Shown here one piece after another: positions 44,045-56,000 of a DNA stretch of 64,000 nt. A model generated the notes under the pieces. That model worked only from the letters and a program-made list of their open reading frames with translations, did not search any database and was not told the DNA's origin. Each line of letters begins with the position of its first letter. The stretch's first letter is position 1. A program made the position numbers and the translations under genes. The DNA is from an uncultured Pelagibacteraceae bacterium (GTDB lineage: Bacteria; Pseudomonadota; Alphaproteobacteria; Pelagibacterales; Pelagibacteraceae). The stretch lies in contig CACPGZ010000003.1 of assembly GCA_902633585.1 (NCBI GenBank), positions 12,484 to 76,483 of the forward strand. The letters run 5' to 3'.

Positions 44045-47000
44045 CTTTTTTTATCTTAGACTTAAATGTAATTGGATTTTTAAGTTTATTAATCATCTCT
44101 TTTGGACAAACTTGAACAAAGTTTTTTATTTCATCTTTAAAATTTTCAAAAATATATTTTGATATCGAAGAACCTGTTTCCTTAGAATGTTCTAGAATTA
44201 ATTCTTTTAAATAACTAATCCAATAATCTGTTTCAACATTTTGCCAAATTACAGAGTCTGGATTTACTTTTTTTTCAAATTGATTAGATTTGTCGTAAAT
44301 AAATGCCATGCCACCAGTCATGCCGGCTGCAAAATTGTCCCCAACATGTCCCAAAATTACTACTGTCCCCCCAGTCATATATTCACAACCATTTGAGTCA
44401 CATCCTTCAATAACTGTTGTAGCTCCAGAATTTCTTACAGCAAATCTATCACCTGCTTGACCTGCAGCAAATAGTTTACCTGAAGTGGCTCCGTAGAGAA
44501 CTGTATTTCCAATGATTGTATTTTCATTAGAAACTAAATTACTTTCATCTGTAAGTTTTATTGAGATTGTAGCGCCTGACAATCCTTTACCAACATAATC
44601 ATTTGCATCACCTTTAAGATTTAATTTTAATCCTTTCAGTGAAAAAGCTCCAAAAGATTGGCCCGCGGAGCCTTTGAAATTTAATGTTAGGAAATTTTCA
44701 TTTAGTTTTTCATAACCATACTTTTTGTAAAGATGATGTGAAATTCTTGTACCAACTGCTCTATTTGTATTTTTAATCACAAATTCTTTATCAATTATTT
44801 CAGAGTTATCTAAAGATTTTTCAATTTCTGGCCAAATTTCTTGGTCTAATGTTTCTGGTACTTTGTTGATTTTCAAAGACTCACAATATCTTTTATTGCT
44901 CGCTGGGTCTGCCTGAACAAATAGTGGATTTAAATCTAAGTCATCTAAATTTGGTGACGCTTTATTAACTTGCATTAACAAATCAGTTCTTCCAATGATA
45001 TCATTTAATGATTTAAAGCCTAATTTAGCTAAAATTTCCCTTACTTCTGAGGCAATAAAAGTGAATAAATTTACAACCTTGTCAGGGGTACCAGTAAATT
45101 TTTCTCTTAATTTTTCATCTTGTGTACAAACACCTACTGGACAGGTATTTGAGTGGCACTGTCTAACCATTATACATCCCATTGCCACAAGAGCTGTTGT
45201 GGCAACCCCATATTCCTCTGCTCCCATCATTGCAGCAATAATTACATCTCTACCAGTTTTAATACCACCATCAGTTCTCAATGTAACTTTGTGTCTTAAA
45301 TTATTTAATGTTAAAACTTGATTGGCTTCAGTTAGACCCATCTCCCAGGGTATTCCAACATATTTGACACTTGTTTGGGGAGTTGCACCTGTTCCTCCAT
45401 TATGGCCTGAAATTAATATAATATCTGCTTTTGCTTTGGCTACACCTGCAGCAATGGTTCCAATCCCTGATGATGCAACTAACTTAACGCCAACTCTAGC
45501 ATTGGGATTTGTCTGCTTTAAATCATAAATCAGTTGTGCCAGATCTTCTATTGAGTAAATATCATGATGTGGAGGTGGAGAAATTAATGTTACTCCAGGT
45601 GTGGAGTGTCTTAGTCTTGCAATTTCCTTTGTTACTTTAAAACCTGGTAACTGGCCACCTTCACCTGGTTTAGCACCTTGGGCCATTTTAATTTCAATTT
45701 CATTACAATTATTTAAATAATTTATAGTCACACCAAATCTAGCTGATGCAATCTGTTTAACTCTAGAATTTGCACTATCACCACTATTCATTACCTTAAA
45801 TCTTTCTGCATCTTCTCCACCCTCACCACTACATGAGGCTCCTTTAATTCTATTCATTCCAATAGCAAGAGTTTCATGTGCTTCCTTAGATAAAGCACCG
45901 TGGGACATGCTTCCGCTACCAAATCTTTTTAATATTTTTTCTATCGGCTCAACTTCAGATATGTTTATTGATCGACCTAGTTTTTTTTTTCTAAAATCAA
46001 CTAAATCTCTTAGATTTATTGGTGGTAAATTATATATGCCCTCGGCATATTTCTTGTATGCCTCATATGAATTTGAACCTACAGCACTTTGTAATAAATG
46101 GATAAGCTTCCCTTGATATTGGTGCGTTTCTCCGTTTTTCCTATATCTATAAATACCACCAATTGGCAATATAGTCTCTGTACCCTCAAATGCTTCTTTG
46201 TGAATTTCTCTTACTTTTTTTTCAATTCCAACTAATCCAATGCCTGAAATTTTTGACGTAACTCCAGGAAAGTAATCATCTACAACTGTTCTGCTTAATC
46301 CAACAGTTTCAAAATTACATCCACCTCTATAAGAACTTAAAACGGAAATGCCCATTTTTGACATTATCTTCAATAAACCAGCATTAACTGAATTAATATA
46401 GCGCTGTACACACTCATCAAAACTAAATTGGCCAAAAAGTTTTTTTTCATATCTCTGATATAAGCTATCAAAAGCTAGATATGGGTTTACTGTAGTTGCT
46501 CCAACTCCAATTAATGTTGCAAAAGAATGTGTATCTATAGCCTCACCAGACTGAACATTAATAGAAACATAGCCTCTTAATTTTTTTTGTATTAAAAATG
46601 TGTTTATGGCTCCAACACATAATAACATTGGCATTGGCAATCTTTCAGATGAAAGATTTTTGTCACTTAAAATTAATTGAGTAACACCTTGTCTCACAGC
46701 AATTTCAGATTCTTTTTGTATCCTGTTAATAGAATCTTCCAAATTATCGTCTTTTGAGAATGAACAATCAATATTTACTGAGCTTTTACCAAAAAAATTA
46801 GTGAACTTATTAAATTGTGAATTTGATAGAATAGGGCTGTTTAAAACATAAATATTCTCTTTTGTTAGAGTGTCAAAATCAAGGATGTTACCTAAATTTC
46901 CAAATCTGGTTTTTAAACTCATCACTTTATTTTCTCTTAAGGAGTCAATTGGTGGGTTAGTTACTTGACTAAAATTTTGTCTGAAAAAATGGTAAAGCGG

Positions 47001-48542
47001 TCTATACCTATCAGATAACACTGCTAGGGGAGTATCATCGCCCATTGAACCCGTTGCTTCTTTGGCATCTTCTGCCATTGGATGTAAAATAAGTTCTAGA
47101 TCCTCTAAACTTATGCCAAAAGTATATTGTCTTCTTCTTAAATTCTCACCATCAAAATTATGTTTTTCTTTAGAGATTAATAATTTTTCATCTAAATCAA
47201 TTATTTGAGAATTGAAATGTTTAAATTCTTTAGCAAGATAATCTTTTATCTGACTATTAGAAAAAACTTTACCTTTTTCAATTCTAACTCCAATAATTTC
47301 ACCAGGTCCAAGTCTTCCCTTGCGTAAGATTTTTTTTTCATTTAAGTCTATCATTCCTGTTTCTGAACCAGCAAAAATCATTTTATCTTTTGTAATAGCA
47401 TATCTTAAAGGTCTAAGACCATTTCTATCATTTGCGGCTATGACCCATTCATTGTCTGTGGCTGCAATAGCAGCAGGACCATCCCATGGTTCCATGGTAC
47501 TGTTTAAAAAATTGAATAATTGTTGATGACTTTTTGATAAAGTCTTATTTTTTTTTGACCACGCATCAGGCACAAGCATCAATTTAGCCAGTGGTGCTGA
47601 TTGACCTGATTTATTTAATAACTCAAATACATTATCTAAAGCTGCAGAGTCGGAAACTCCCTTTTGGATTACTGGTTTTAAATTTTCTATATCATCAAAA
47701 AGTGGGCTGCTCATTTCTTGCTCATGAATTTTCATCCAGTTTTTATTTCCCTTATAAGTATTTATTTCACCATTATGCGCTATAGCCCTAAATGGTTGAG
47801 CTAAACTCCAGGCTGGTGCCGTATTTGTTGAAAATCTTTGATGAAAAATTGCATATCTTGAAATGAATCTTGGATCTCTAATATCTAGATAAAAGTCTGA
47901 TAACGCCTCTGCTAAATAAAGCCCCTTATAAATTATAGACTTTGAACTAATTGAACAGATATAAAAATTATTCAATGAGGCATCGAAAGCTTTGTTTTCA
48001 ATTCTCTTTCTTGTTTCATAAATTTTTCTTTCTAAGTTTTTATCTAATAAATTTGGATCATTTGATTTAAAAAGAACCTGTATAATTTCTGGCATGGTTT
48101 GAAGAGCTTTTTCCCCAAGAACTTTTGGATTAACTGGCACTTGTCGCCAACCATATATACTAAAATTATTCTTTGTTAATTCGCTTTCAACAATTGTTTT
48201 GCAGCTCTCTTGTGCTGAATAGTCATTTCTAGGTAAAAAAATCATTCCTACACAGATTTCAGAGTTGTCATAATCGTGTCCAGTGACTTGTATTTTTTCT
48301 ATAAAAAAATCTTTTGGAATTTCAACATGTATTCCAGCACCATCACCTGTTTTTCCATCTGCATCAACTGCACCTCTATGCCAAACAGCTTTTAGAGCCT
48401 CAATTCCATACTCAACAATAGCCCTCGATTTTTTTCCCTCTGTAGAAGCAATTAAGCCCACTCCACATGCATCATGTTCCATTTCTTTCGTATAAACATA
48501 ATTTTTTGTAAGTAACTCTAAATTTTTTTTATAATTTTCCAT
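44037..48542 (-). CDS. gltB: Glutamate synthase large subunit
   Basis: DACGVG, HRGA, HQRFSTNT, HNGEIN, EPWDGP, QGAKPGEGGQLPG, CIMVRQCHSNTCP and C-terminal GXGXG repeats. Confidence 0.98.
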   Translation of the reverse strand: MENYKKNLELLTKNYVYTKEMEHDACGVGLIASTEGKKSRAIVEYGIEALKAVWHRGAVDADGKTGDGAGIHVEIPKDFFIEKIQVTGHDYDNSEICVGMIFLPRNDYSAQESCKTIVESELTKNNFSIYGWRQVPVNPKVLGEKALQTMPEIIQVLFKSNDPNLLDKNLERKIYETRKRIENKAFDASLNNFYICSISSKSIIYKGLYLAEALSDFYLDIRDPRFISRYAIFHQRFSTNTAPAWSLAQPFRAIAHNGEINTYKGNKNWMKIHEQEMSSPLFDDIENLKPVIQKGVSDSAALDNVFELLNKSGQSAPLAKLMLVPDAWSKKNKTLSKSHQQLFNFLNSTMEPWDGPAAIAATDNEWVIAANDRNGLRPLRYAITKDKMIFAGSETGMIDLNEKKILRKGRLGPGEIIGVRIEKGKVFSNSQIKDYLAKEFKHFNSQIIDLDEKLLISKEKHNFDGENLRRRQYTFGISLEDLELILHPMAEDAKEATGSMGDDTPLAVLSDRYRPLYHFFRQNFSQVTNPPIDSLRENKVMSLKTRFGNLGNILDFDTLTKENIYVLNSPILSNSQFNKFTNFFGKSSVNIDCSFSKDDNLEDSINRIQKESEIAVRQGVTQLILSDKNLSSERLPMPMLLCVGAINTFLIQKKLRGYVSINVQSGEAIDTHSFATLIGVGATTVNPYLAFDSLYQRYEKKLFGQFSFDECVQRYINSVNAGLLKIMSKMGISVLSSYRGGCNFETVGLSRTVVDDYFPGVTSKISGIGLVGIEKKVREIHKEAFEGTETILPIGGIYRYRKNGETHQYQGKLIHLLQSAVGSNSYEAYKKYAEGIYNLPPINLRDLVDFRKKKLGRSINISEVEPIEKILKRFGSGSMSHGALSKEAHETLAIGMNRIKGASCSGEGGEDAERFKVMNSGDSANSRVKQIASARFGVTINYLNNCNEIEIKMAQGAKPGEGGQLPGFKVTKEIARLRHSTPGVTLISPPPHHDIYSIEDLAQLIYDLKQTNPNARVGVKLVASSGIGTIAAGVAKAKADIILISGHNGGTGATPQTSVKYVGIPWEMGLTEANQVLTLNNLRHKVTLRTDGGIKTGRDVIIAAMMGAEEYGVATTALVAMGCIMVRQCHSNTCPVGVCTQDEKLREKFTGTPDKVVNLFTFIASEVREILAKLGFKSLNDIIGRTDLLMQVNKASPNLDDLDLNPLFVQADPASNKRYCESLKINKVPETLDQEIWPEIEKSLDNSEIIDKEFVIKNTNRAVGTRISHHLYKKYGYEKLNENFLTLNFKGSAGQSFGAFSLKGLKLNLKGDANDYVGKGLSGATISIKLTDESNLVSNENTIIGNTVLYGATSGKLFAAGQAGDRFAVRNSGATTVIEGCDSNGCEYMTGGTVVILGHVGDNFAAGMTGGMAFIYDKSNQFEKKVNPDSVIWQNVETDYWISYLKELILEHSKETGSSISKYIFENFKDEIKNFVQVCPKEMINKLKNPITFKSKIKKVS

Positions 48543-49981
48543 TACGCTACTTTTGTTTTTTTTAGTTCCATATTCTCTAAATATTTTTTCATAGAAGAGG
48601 CTGCATCTCTTCCATCTTTAATTGCCCAAACTACTAAGGAAGCACCTCTCACAATGTCACCTGCAGCAAAAACACCTTTTAGATTTGTTTCCATCGTATT
48701 GAAGTCAGTTTTGATTGTTCCCCATTTTGTTATTTGTAACTCTTGTGCTTCAAATAATGATGGTAAATTTTCTGGATCAAATCCAAGAGCTTTAATTACC
48801 ATATCAGCCTTTACCTCAAATTCTGAATCTTGTTTAATTTCTGGTTTTCTTCTTCCTGAGTCATCTGGTTCACCTAATTCAATTTGATTAACAATCAAAT
48901 TTTCAATTTTGTTTTTTCCTTTAAATTCTTTTGGACTTGAAAGCCAAACAAATTCAACACCCTCCTCCTCAGCATTTGCAACTTCTCTTGCAGATCCAGG
49001 CATATTTTCTTTATCTCTTCTATATAAACATTTTACTGACTTTGCTTTTTGTCTTACTGAGGTTCTTACACAGTCCATAGCTGTGTCACCACCACCTATT
49101 ACCACAACGTCTTTACCCTCAGCATTCAAAGCTCCTTTATCAAACAACTCCACTTTATCACCAAGGCCCTTTTTATTTGATGCTGTCAAAAATTCCATTG
49201 CCGGAAAAATGTTACCTAAATCGTTACCAGGTAGTTTAACTTCTCTAGGTTTGTAAACGCCAGTGGAAATTAAAATTGCATCATGTTTTTTTCGTAATTG
49301 TTCTAGAGTAGCATCTTTCCCAACTTCAAAATTTTGAACAAATTTTATCCCACCATCTTTTAATAACTTTGTTCTTCGCTCGACTACATGTTTTTCAAGT
49401 TTAAAATTTGGAATACCATAAATCAATAATCCACCTGCACGATCATAACGATCATAAACAGTTATTTTATATCCATTTTTTCTTAGCTGCTCAGCAGCTG
49501 CTAAACCTGCAGGACCAGCACCAATTATTCCAACACTTTGGTCTTTCTCATGTTCTAAAGAAATTGGTTTAACCCATCCTTGTTCCCAAGCTGTGTCATT
49601 AATATATTTCTCAACTGAACCAATGGTTACTGTTCCGTGACCTGACTGTTCAATAACGCAATTACCTTCACACAATCTATCCTGAGGACAAATCCTTCCA
49701 CATACCTCTGGCATATTGTTAGTGCTTTGGGATAATTCGTAGGCCTCTTTTAGTCTGCCTTCGGCTGTAAGTTTTAACCAATCTGGTATATTGTTACTTA
49801 AGGGACAATGCACTTGACAGAATGGAACTCCGCATTGAGAACACCTGCTCGACTGTTCTTCAGCTTTTTTAGTAACAAACTCGTCATAGATCTCGTTAAA
49901 ATCCTCTTTTCTAGTTCCAATCTTTCTTTTAGGTGGAGTTTGTTGACCTATTTTTACAAATTTTAACATTTTATCTGTCAT
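48542..49981 (-). CDS. gltD: Glutamate synthase small subunit
   Basis: RCSQCG.P.C...CP, GRICPQ..LCE..C, GAGPAG, GGGDTAMDC and GD..RGASLVVWA motifs. Confidence 0.96.
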   Translation of the reverse strand: MTDKMLKFVKIGQQTPPKRKIGTRKEDFNEIYDEFVTKKAEEQSSRCSQCGVPFCQVHCPLSNNIPDWLKLTAEGRLKEAYELSQSTNNMPEVCGRICPQDRLCEGNCVIEQSGHGTVTIGSVEKYINDTAWEQGWVKPISLEHEKDQSVGIIGAGPAGLAAAEQLRKNGYKITVYDRYDRAGGLLIYGIPNFKLEKHVVERRTKLLKDGGIKFVQNFEVGKDATLEQLRKKHDAILISTGVYKPREVKLPGNDLGNIFPAMEFLTASNKKGLGDKVELFDKGALNAEGKDVVVIGGGDTAMDCVRTSVRQKAKSVKCLYRRDKENMPGSAREVANAEEEGVEFVWLSSPKEFKGKNKIENLIVNQIELGEPDDSGRRKPEIKQDSEFEVKADMVIKALGFDPENLPSLFEAQELQITKWGTIKTDFNTMETNLKGVFAAGDIVRGASLVVWAIKDGRDAASSMKKYLENMELKKTKVA

Positions 49982-50038
49982 AAAAATTTTTAAATTTTAT
50001 GCAAATTATACATTGTTTTTTTTAATAAAAGTATTATT

Positions 50039-50059
50039 TAGGTCAGTAATTATGACCTA
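50039..50059. promoter_or_regulatory. Palindromic operator candidate TAGGTCA-N7-TGACCTA upstream of gltDB
   Basis: Perfect 7-bp inverted repeat containing G/C in a very AT-rich divergent intergenic region. Confidence 0.5.
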
Positions 50060-50166
50060 TAATTATACTTATTTAGCTTAAAATATAAAAAAATTTATTC
50101 TTCACATACCTATTATGACTAAATCGAATTGTTTAAAATGGGTATTTTTTAAGTTACGACAACAAT

Positions 50167-50934
50167 ATGCTTCAAGATTTTATAGAAATCTTAATTCTAT
50201 CGGCAGTTCAAGGAATTTCTGAATTTTTACCAATTAGCTCTTCAGCCCACCTAATTTTGATATCAAATTTTTATGATTTTAGCTCAAGTTCCTTGTTTAT
50301 AGATATAGGTCTACATTTAGGCTCTTTGTTTGCAATAATTTATTACTTTAAACAAGATTTATTAAATTTAAGAAATAATCAAAAACTATTAGTTTTGGTC
50401 TTTGTTGGTTCAATACCTTTAATAATTTTTGGATATATATTGTATTCAACTGACCTAATTAATCTTTTAAGAAATATAGAAATTATTGCATGGACAACTC
50501 TATTTTTTGGTCTGGTTCTATTTTTTTCAGATAAAAGAGATACTAATCAAAACATATCAACAAGTTTAAATATAAAGGCAATATTGTTTATAGGACTATT
50601 TCAAATATTAGCACTCGTACCTGGGGTAAGTAGAGCAGGAATAACTTTAACCGCAGCTCGTTTTTTAAAATTTAATAGAGTCGATTCAAGCAAAATCGCT
50701 TTTTTATTATCCATACCTGCTTTAGGTGGTGCAAGTTTTTTAGGCATAAAGGATGCTGTCCAACAATCTATCGAATTCAATTATTTATTATTAATTGCAA
50801 TTACCTTATCATTTATTTTTTCATTTGTTACAGTCAAATATTTTATAAAATATGTCAATAATTTTTCTTTAACTGTTTTTGTTATTTATAGGATATTTGT
50901 TGCTTTGATTTTGTTCTCAGTGATTTATTATTAA
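50167..50934 (+). CDS. uppP: Undecaprenyl-diphosphate phosphatase
   Basis: QGISEFLPISSSAH, HLGS, PGVSRAG.T and FLLSIP motifs. Confidence 0.95.
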   Translation: MLQDFIEILILSAVQGISEFLPISSSAHLILISNFYDFSSSSLFIDIGLHLGSLFAIIYYFKQDLLNLRNNQKLLVLVFVGSIPLIIFGYILYSTDLINLLRNIEIIAWTTLFFGLVLFFSDKRDTNQNISTSLNIKAILFIGLFQILALVPGVSRAGITLTAARFLKFNRVDSSKIAFLLSIPALGGASFLGIKDAVQQSIEFNYLLLIAITLSFIFSFVTVKYFIKYVNNFSLTVFVIYRIFVALILFSVIYY

Positions 50935-51821
50935 TTTGTTTTTTTCATTAAAGGTAATAATTGAGAGATTAACACACCACATAATATAAAAAAACATCCC
51001 AATATATTATTAAAATCTAGTATTTGACTTAATAAAAACCAAGCTGCGATGGTTGCAAAAACACCTTCTAAAGAAAAGATTATAGCTGCTGGTGCCGGGG
51101 TAATATTTCTTTGAGCATAAATTTGTAAAACAAATGCAAGACCTCCTGATAAAATCCCAGCGTAAAGAATTGAGTCTATTTCATTAAGAATATTTTCAAT
51201 CACAAATTCTTCATAAATCAAACCAATTATAATAGAGAATAAAGCCACTAATAATGTTTGAATAGCTCCTATTGTTAAAGGTAAGTTGTACATTTTGATA
51301 ATCATTCCAATAAAAATAATGTGGGTACTCCAAAATAATGCACCTAAAATAACTAATGTATCTCCAAGCCTTACTGTGGCGTCATAAAAATTTGTTAAAA
51401 GATATCCACCAATTAAGCATAAAACCACTGAAGGCCAAACACTCCAATGTAAGGAATCCCTTTTAAAGATAAAAATTATAATTGGCACCAGCGGAACATA
51501 AAAAATTGTAAAAAAAGCAGCATTAGCAACATCTGTATAAATTAGAGCTACCTGCTGCAACGCCGAGCCTAAGAAAAGTGATAATCCAATTAAAAAAGAT
51601 AGAATAATGAAAGATCTATAGCCAATCTTAAACTTTAATTTAAACATTTTAGTTTCAAATAGTATAGCTAAAGGAAGAATTACTATAAAACCCACAAAAA
51701 ATCTAACCGCGTTAAATGTAAATGGCCCTATATCATCCATGCCAGTGTCCTGAGCAATAAATGTAGTACCCCAAATAAATGTGCACAACAAAGCACTTAA
51801 CATTGAAACGCTCTTAGACAT
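50931..51821 (-). CDS. DMT/EamA-family transporter
   Basis: IWGTTF, two EamA repeats, about 10 TM helices, LE.VFA motif. Confidence 0.9.
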   Translation of the reverse strand: MSKSVSMLSALLCTFIWGTTFIAQDTGMDDIGPFTFNAVRFFVGFIVILPLAILFETKMFKLKFKIGYRSFIILSFLIGLSLFLGSALQQVALIYTDVANAAFFTIFYVPLVPIIIFIFKRDSLHWSVWPSVVLCLIGGYLLTNFYDATVRLGDTLVILGALFWSTHIIFIGMIIKMYNLPLTIGAIQTLLVALFSIIIGLIYEEFVIENILNEIDSILYAGILSGGLAFVLQIYAQRNITPAPAAIIFSLEGVFATIAAWFLLSQILDFNNILGCFFILCGVLISQLLPLMKKTN

Positions 51822-51829
51822 ATTTTTAA

Positions 51830-53095
51830 TTAAACAGCTAACTTATATGCAAAATTTTTACCAAGATTTTCTTTTAAATCATTATTAAAACGAGCTGCTT
51901 CTGCACCGTCAATAATTCTGTGATCATAAGATAATGAAAGTGGTAACATTGTACGCGTTAGAAATTTTCCATCGATAAATACCTGTTTTTTTTCAGCTCT
52001 ACCAACTCCTAAAATAGCAACCTCGGGATAATTTATAATTGGGGTAAAAAAGGATCCCCCAATTCCCCCTAAACTTGTTATAGTCATAGAACCTCCGAAT
52101 AACTCTTTTTTATCAATTTTAAGATCTCTACACTGTTGACTTATTTTTTTTAATTCTGTGCTTATTAAAGAAATGTTTTTATTATCAGCATTTCTTAGCT
52201 TTGGAACCATCAAACCATTCGGAGTATCAACTGCTATACCAACATGATAATATTGTTTAACAGTCATTTTACCATTTTCGATATCATCAATTGAGGTATT
52301 AAAATTTGGAAATTTTTTTAATGATGCTGTTAATGCTTTAACAATAAAAGCCAGTGGAGTAATTTTTTTTTTTTCTCCAGTATATATATCTGTAAGAGAA
52401 GATCTAAATTCTTCTAATTCAGTTATGTCAGCTTCGTCATGATTAGTTACATGAGGAATTTTTGTCCAAGAGTTTACCAGATATTTGGATGATAATTTTT
52501 TTACCCTAGGAATGTCTTTGATATCTACTTCTCCAAACTCAGAATGAGAGTATTCCTGTTCAATCTTTTGCTCAGTTATGTTTTGATCTTTTAAGCTTTT
52601 AACAGATTTAGTTGCAACAAATAATTTCACATCACTTTCAGTAACTCTGCCCTGTCTTTCACTGCCAGATACTTTGTTAATATCAATTCCAAGCTCTCTT
52701 GCAAATTTTCTTACTTTTGGTGATGCGGAGGCTTTTGCTAAAAAATCTCTAATTATTATATTTTTAGAAGATTTAGTTCTTTTAATCTCATTCTTTTTTG
52801 GCTCTGCAGGTAATTGATTGTTTGGTGGGTCTTTGGCATTTATTTCTTTTATTTCTTTCTCACTTTCGATTTCAATAATTTTGTCACCTTCCGAGACCTT
52901 ATCTCCAATTTTAACGTTTAAAGAAATTACGGTGCCATCGTGTGATGATGGTATTTCCACACTTGATTTATCACTTTCGATAGTTATTAATGGGTCATTC
53001 TTTTTTATTTTTTGACCTTTTTCAATTAAAACCTCAATAATTTCTACATCTTTAAATTCGCCAATGTTTGGAACTTTTATATCTTTTTTTGACAT
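51830..53095 (-). CDS. aceF: Pyruvate dehydrogenase E2, dihydrolipoamide acetyltransferase
   Basis: Lipoyl ESDKSS, ASP.VRKFARELG binding domain, IPHVT and SYDHRIIDGA motifs. Confidence 0.95.
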   Translation of the reverse strand: MSKKDIKVPNIGEFKDVEIIEVLIEKGQKIKKNDPLITIESDKSSVEIPSSHDGTVISLNVKIGDKVSEGDKIIEIESEKEIKEINAKDPPNNQLPAEPKKNEIKRTKSSKNIIIRDFLAKASASPKVRKFARELGIDINKVSGSERQGRVTESDVKLFVATKSVKSLKDQNITEQKIEQEYSHSEFGEVDIKDIPRVKKLSSKYLVNSWTKIPHVTNHDEADITELEEFRSSLTDIYTGEKKKITPLAFIVKALTASLKKFPNFNTSIDDIENGKMTVKQYYHVGIAVDTPNGLMVPKLRNADNKNISLISTELKKISQQCRDLKIDKKELFGGSMTITSLGGIGGSFFTPIINYPEVAILGVGRAEKKQVFIDGKFLTRTMLPLSLSYDHRIIDGAEAARFNNDLKENLGKNFAYKLAV

Positions 53096-56000
53096 TATAA
53101 TTTCGTTGGCATTGGTTTATCTTTATCAATTCCATATTTCTTTATTGCCTCCTGAGCATATTTTGATGCAATTAATTGTTCTTTAGCTAAAACGCTTAGC
53201 CCATAGGTAACAACATGCTCTTTATCAACCTCAAAAAATTTTCTCAAATTTTTTCTTGTATCACTTCTACCAAATCCATCTGTTCCTAAAGAGTAAAAAC
53301 TCTTATTAATATAAGGTCGAACTTGGTCTGAGTTCATTCTCATGTAATCTGATGCAGCTAAAATTGGTCCTTCAGTTTTACCTAAACAGCTCTCTACATA
53401 TGATTTTTTTGGTTCTTTTTCAGGATTTAACAAATTAAACCTCTCTACCTCTAAACCATCTCTTCTAAGTTCGTTAAAACTAGTTACACTCCAAACCTCG
53501 CTATCAATTTGATAATCCTTTTGTAAAATTTCTGCACCAGCTATCATTTCTCTTAAAATTGTACCTGACCCTAAAAATTGAATTTTAGTTTTTCTATATT
53601 TGCTAAATTCCTTAATTTTATACATTCCTTTCAGAATGCCCTCTTCACATGATTTTTCAGACGGCATAGCAGGATGAGGATAATTTTCATTCATTGTTGT
53701 AATATAATAAAAAATATTTTCTTTCTTCTCATGCATTCTCTTTAGTCCTTCTCTAAATATTGTTGCTAGTTCATAATGAAATGTTGGATCATAAGACTTA
53801 CAATTTGGAATAGTTGATGCCAGTAAATGGCTGTGTCCATCTTGGTGTTGCAAACCTTCCCCTGCTAATGTTGTTCTCCCAGCAGTAGCACCAATTAAAA
53901 ATCCTCTCGATTGACTGTCTGCTCCTGCCCAAGCAAAATCACCTATTCTCTGAAATCCAAACATTGAGTAAAAAAGATAAATAGGGATCATTTCAATATC
54001 ATGATTTGTATAGGAAGTACCTGCAGCAATCCATGAGGACATGGCACCTGCCTCATTAATTCCTTCTTCTAAAACTTGTCCACTTTTTTCCTCCCTATAT
54101 GAACTTAATTGTGCCGAGTCCTCAGGTTCATATTTTTGTCCTTCATGAGCATAAATACCAACTTTTTGAAAAAAACCTTCCATACCAAATGTTCTCGCCT
54201 CATCAGGAATAATTGGTACTAACCTTGAGGCAACGTTTTTATCTCTCAGAAGATTAGTAAGCATTCTTACTAATGCCATCGTAGTAGACATCTCTTTTTT
54301 ACCTGTTGATTCTTTCATGTTGTCAAAAATGTTTTTTGGAGGAGCTTTAATGGGTTTTGCATAAGTAGTTCTCTCTGGAATAAATCCCCCCAATTGAAGT
54401 CTTCTCTCCTTAATATACTTTATCTCAGGTGAGTTTTGATCTGGCTTATAATATTCAATATTTTGTACCTGCTTATCAGTAAGAGGAACATCAAATCTGT
54501 CTCTGTAATACATCAAGTCATCTATATCTAATTTTTTAGTCTGATGTGTTGTATTTACACTTTCACCGCTTTTCCCCATTCCGTAACCCTTTATAGTCTT
54601 GGCAATCACGACTGTTGGGCTTCCAATATTTTTTGAGGCTTTATCATAAGCTGCAAAAACTTTATGAGGATCATGTCCGCCTCTATTTAATCTCCATATA
54701 TCTTTATCTGAAAGGCTTGAGATTAAATCTTTAGTTTCAAGATATTTACCAAAAAATTTTTCTCTGACATAAGCACCATCTCTTGCTTTCATTGCTTGAT
54801 ATTCACCATCAACAGTTTCATTCATCGCTTTAATTAAATGGCCAGTTTTATCATTAGCCAATAATGGATCCCAGTAAGAACCCCAGATTACTTTGATAAC
54901 ATTCCATCCTGCTCCTCTAAAAATACCCTCTAATTCTTGTATAATTTTTCCATTTCCCCTAACAGGTCCATCTAGTCTTTGAAGATTGCAATTGATTACA
55001 AATATTAAATTATCTAATTTTTCTCTAGCTGCTAAACCGATTGCTCCTAAAGACTCTGGTTCATCCATTTCCCCATCTCCTAAAAAAGCCCACACTTTTC
55101 TTCCCTCATCTTTAATGAGACCTCTATTAATCAAATATTTCATATATCTTGCTTGATAAATGGCTAACATTGGTCCCAAACCCATTGAGACTGTGGGAAA
55201 TTGCCAAAAGTTTGGCATCAACCAAGGATGTGGGTAAGATGATAAACCTCCTGGATTAACCTCTTGTCTAAAACTATCTAATTGTTTTTCGTTAAGTCTT
55301 CCTTCAAGAAATGCTCTTGCATACATACCTGGGGCGCTATGTCCTTGAAAATAAATTAAGTCTCCACCAAATTTATTATTTTTTGCTCTCCAAAAATGAT
55401 TCATACCTACATCATAAAGTGTAGCTGCAGATGCAAATGTTCCAATATGTCCTCCGAGTTCAGGAAATTTTTTATTTGCACGAACGACCATCGCTGCAGA
55501 ATTCCATCTTATTAATGATCTAATTCTTCTCTCAATATTTTGGTCACCATTAGATTTTTTTTCCTCGTTTACTGGGATTGTGTTGATATAAGGTGTATTT
55601 TGTGTATATGGAATATTTGCTCCCTCCATATAAGCTTTGTTTATTAATTCTTTAATCAGATAATGTGCTCTTTGATTACCATCTTTTTCAATTACAGCAG
55701 TAAGTGAGTCCAACCATTCATTGGTTTCTAATGGATCAATATCATCATCACTAATAACTTGTATTATTTCGGTTTTTTTTCTCTGATTATTGTTTACTTG
55801 TAAGAATTGATCTTGTTTTTTTTCTAAAGATTTTTCTGCTTCTTTAATTAAATTTTCGGTATCTTTTGGAACAGTTTCTAAAACGGAAAGTTTTTCATTT
55901 GAACCTAAAATACTTAAAATTAAATCACCTTTTGAAACTTTATCACCGACTTTGACTTTAATTGACTCAATTCTACCTGATAAAGTTGAAGGTATTTCAA

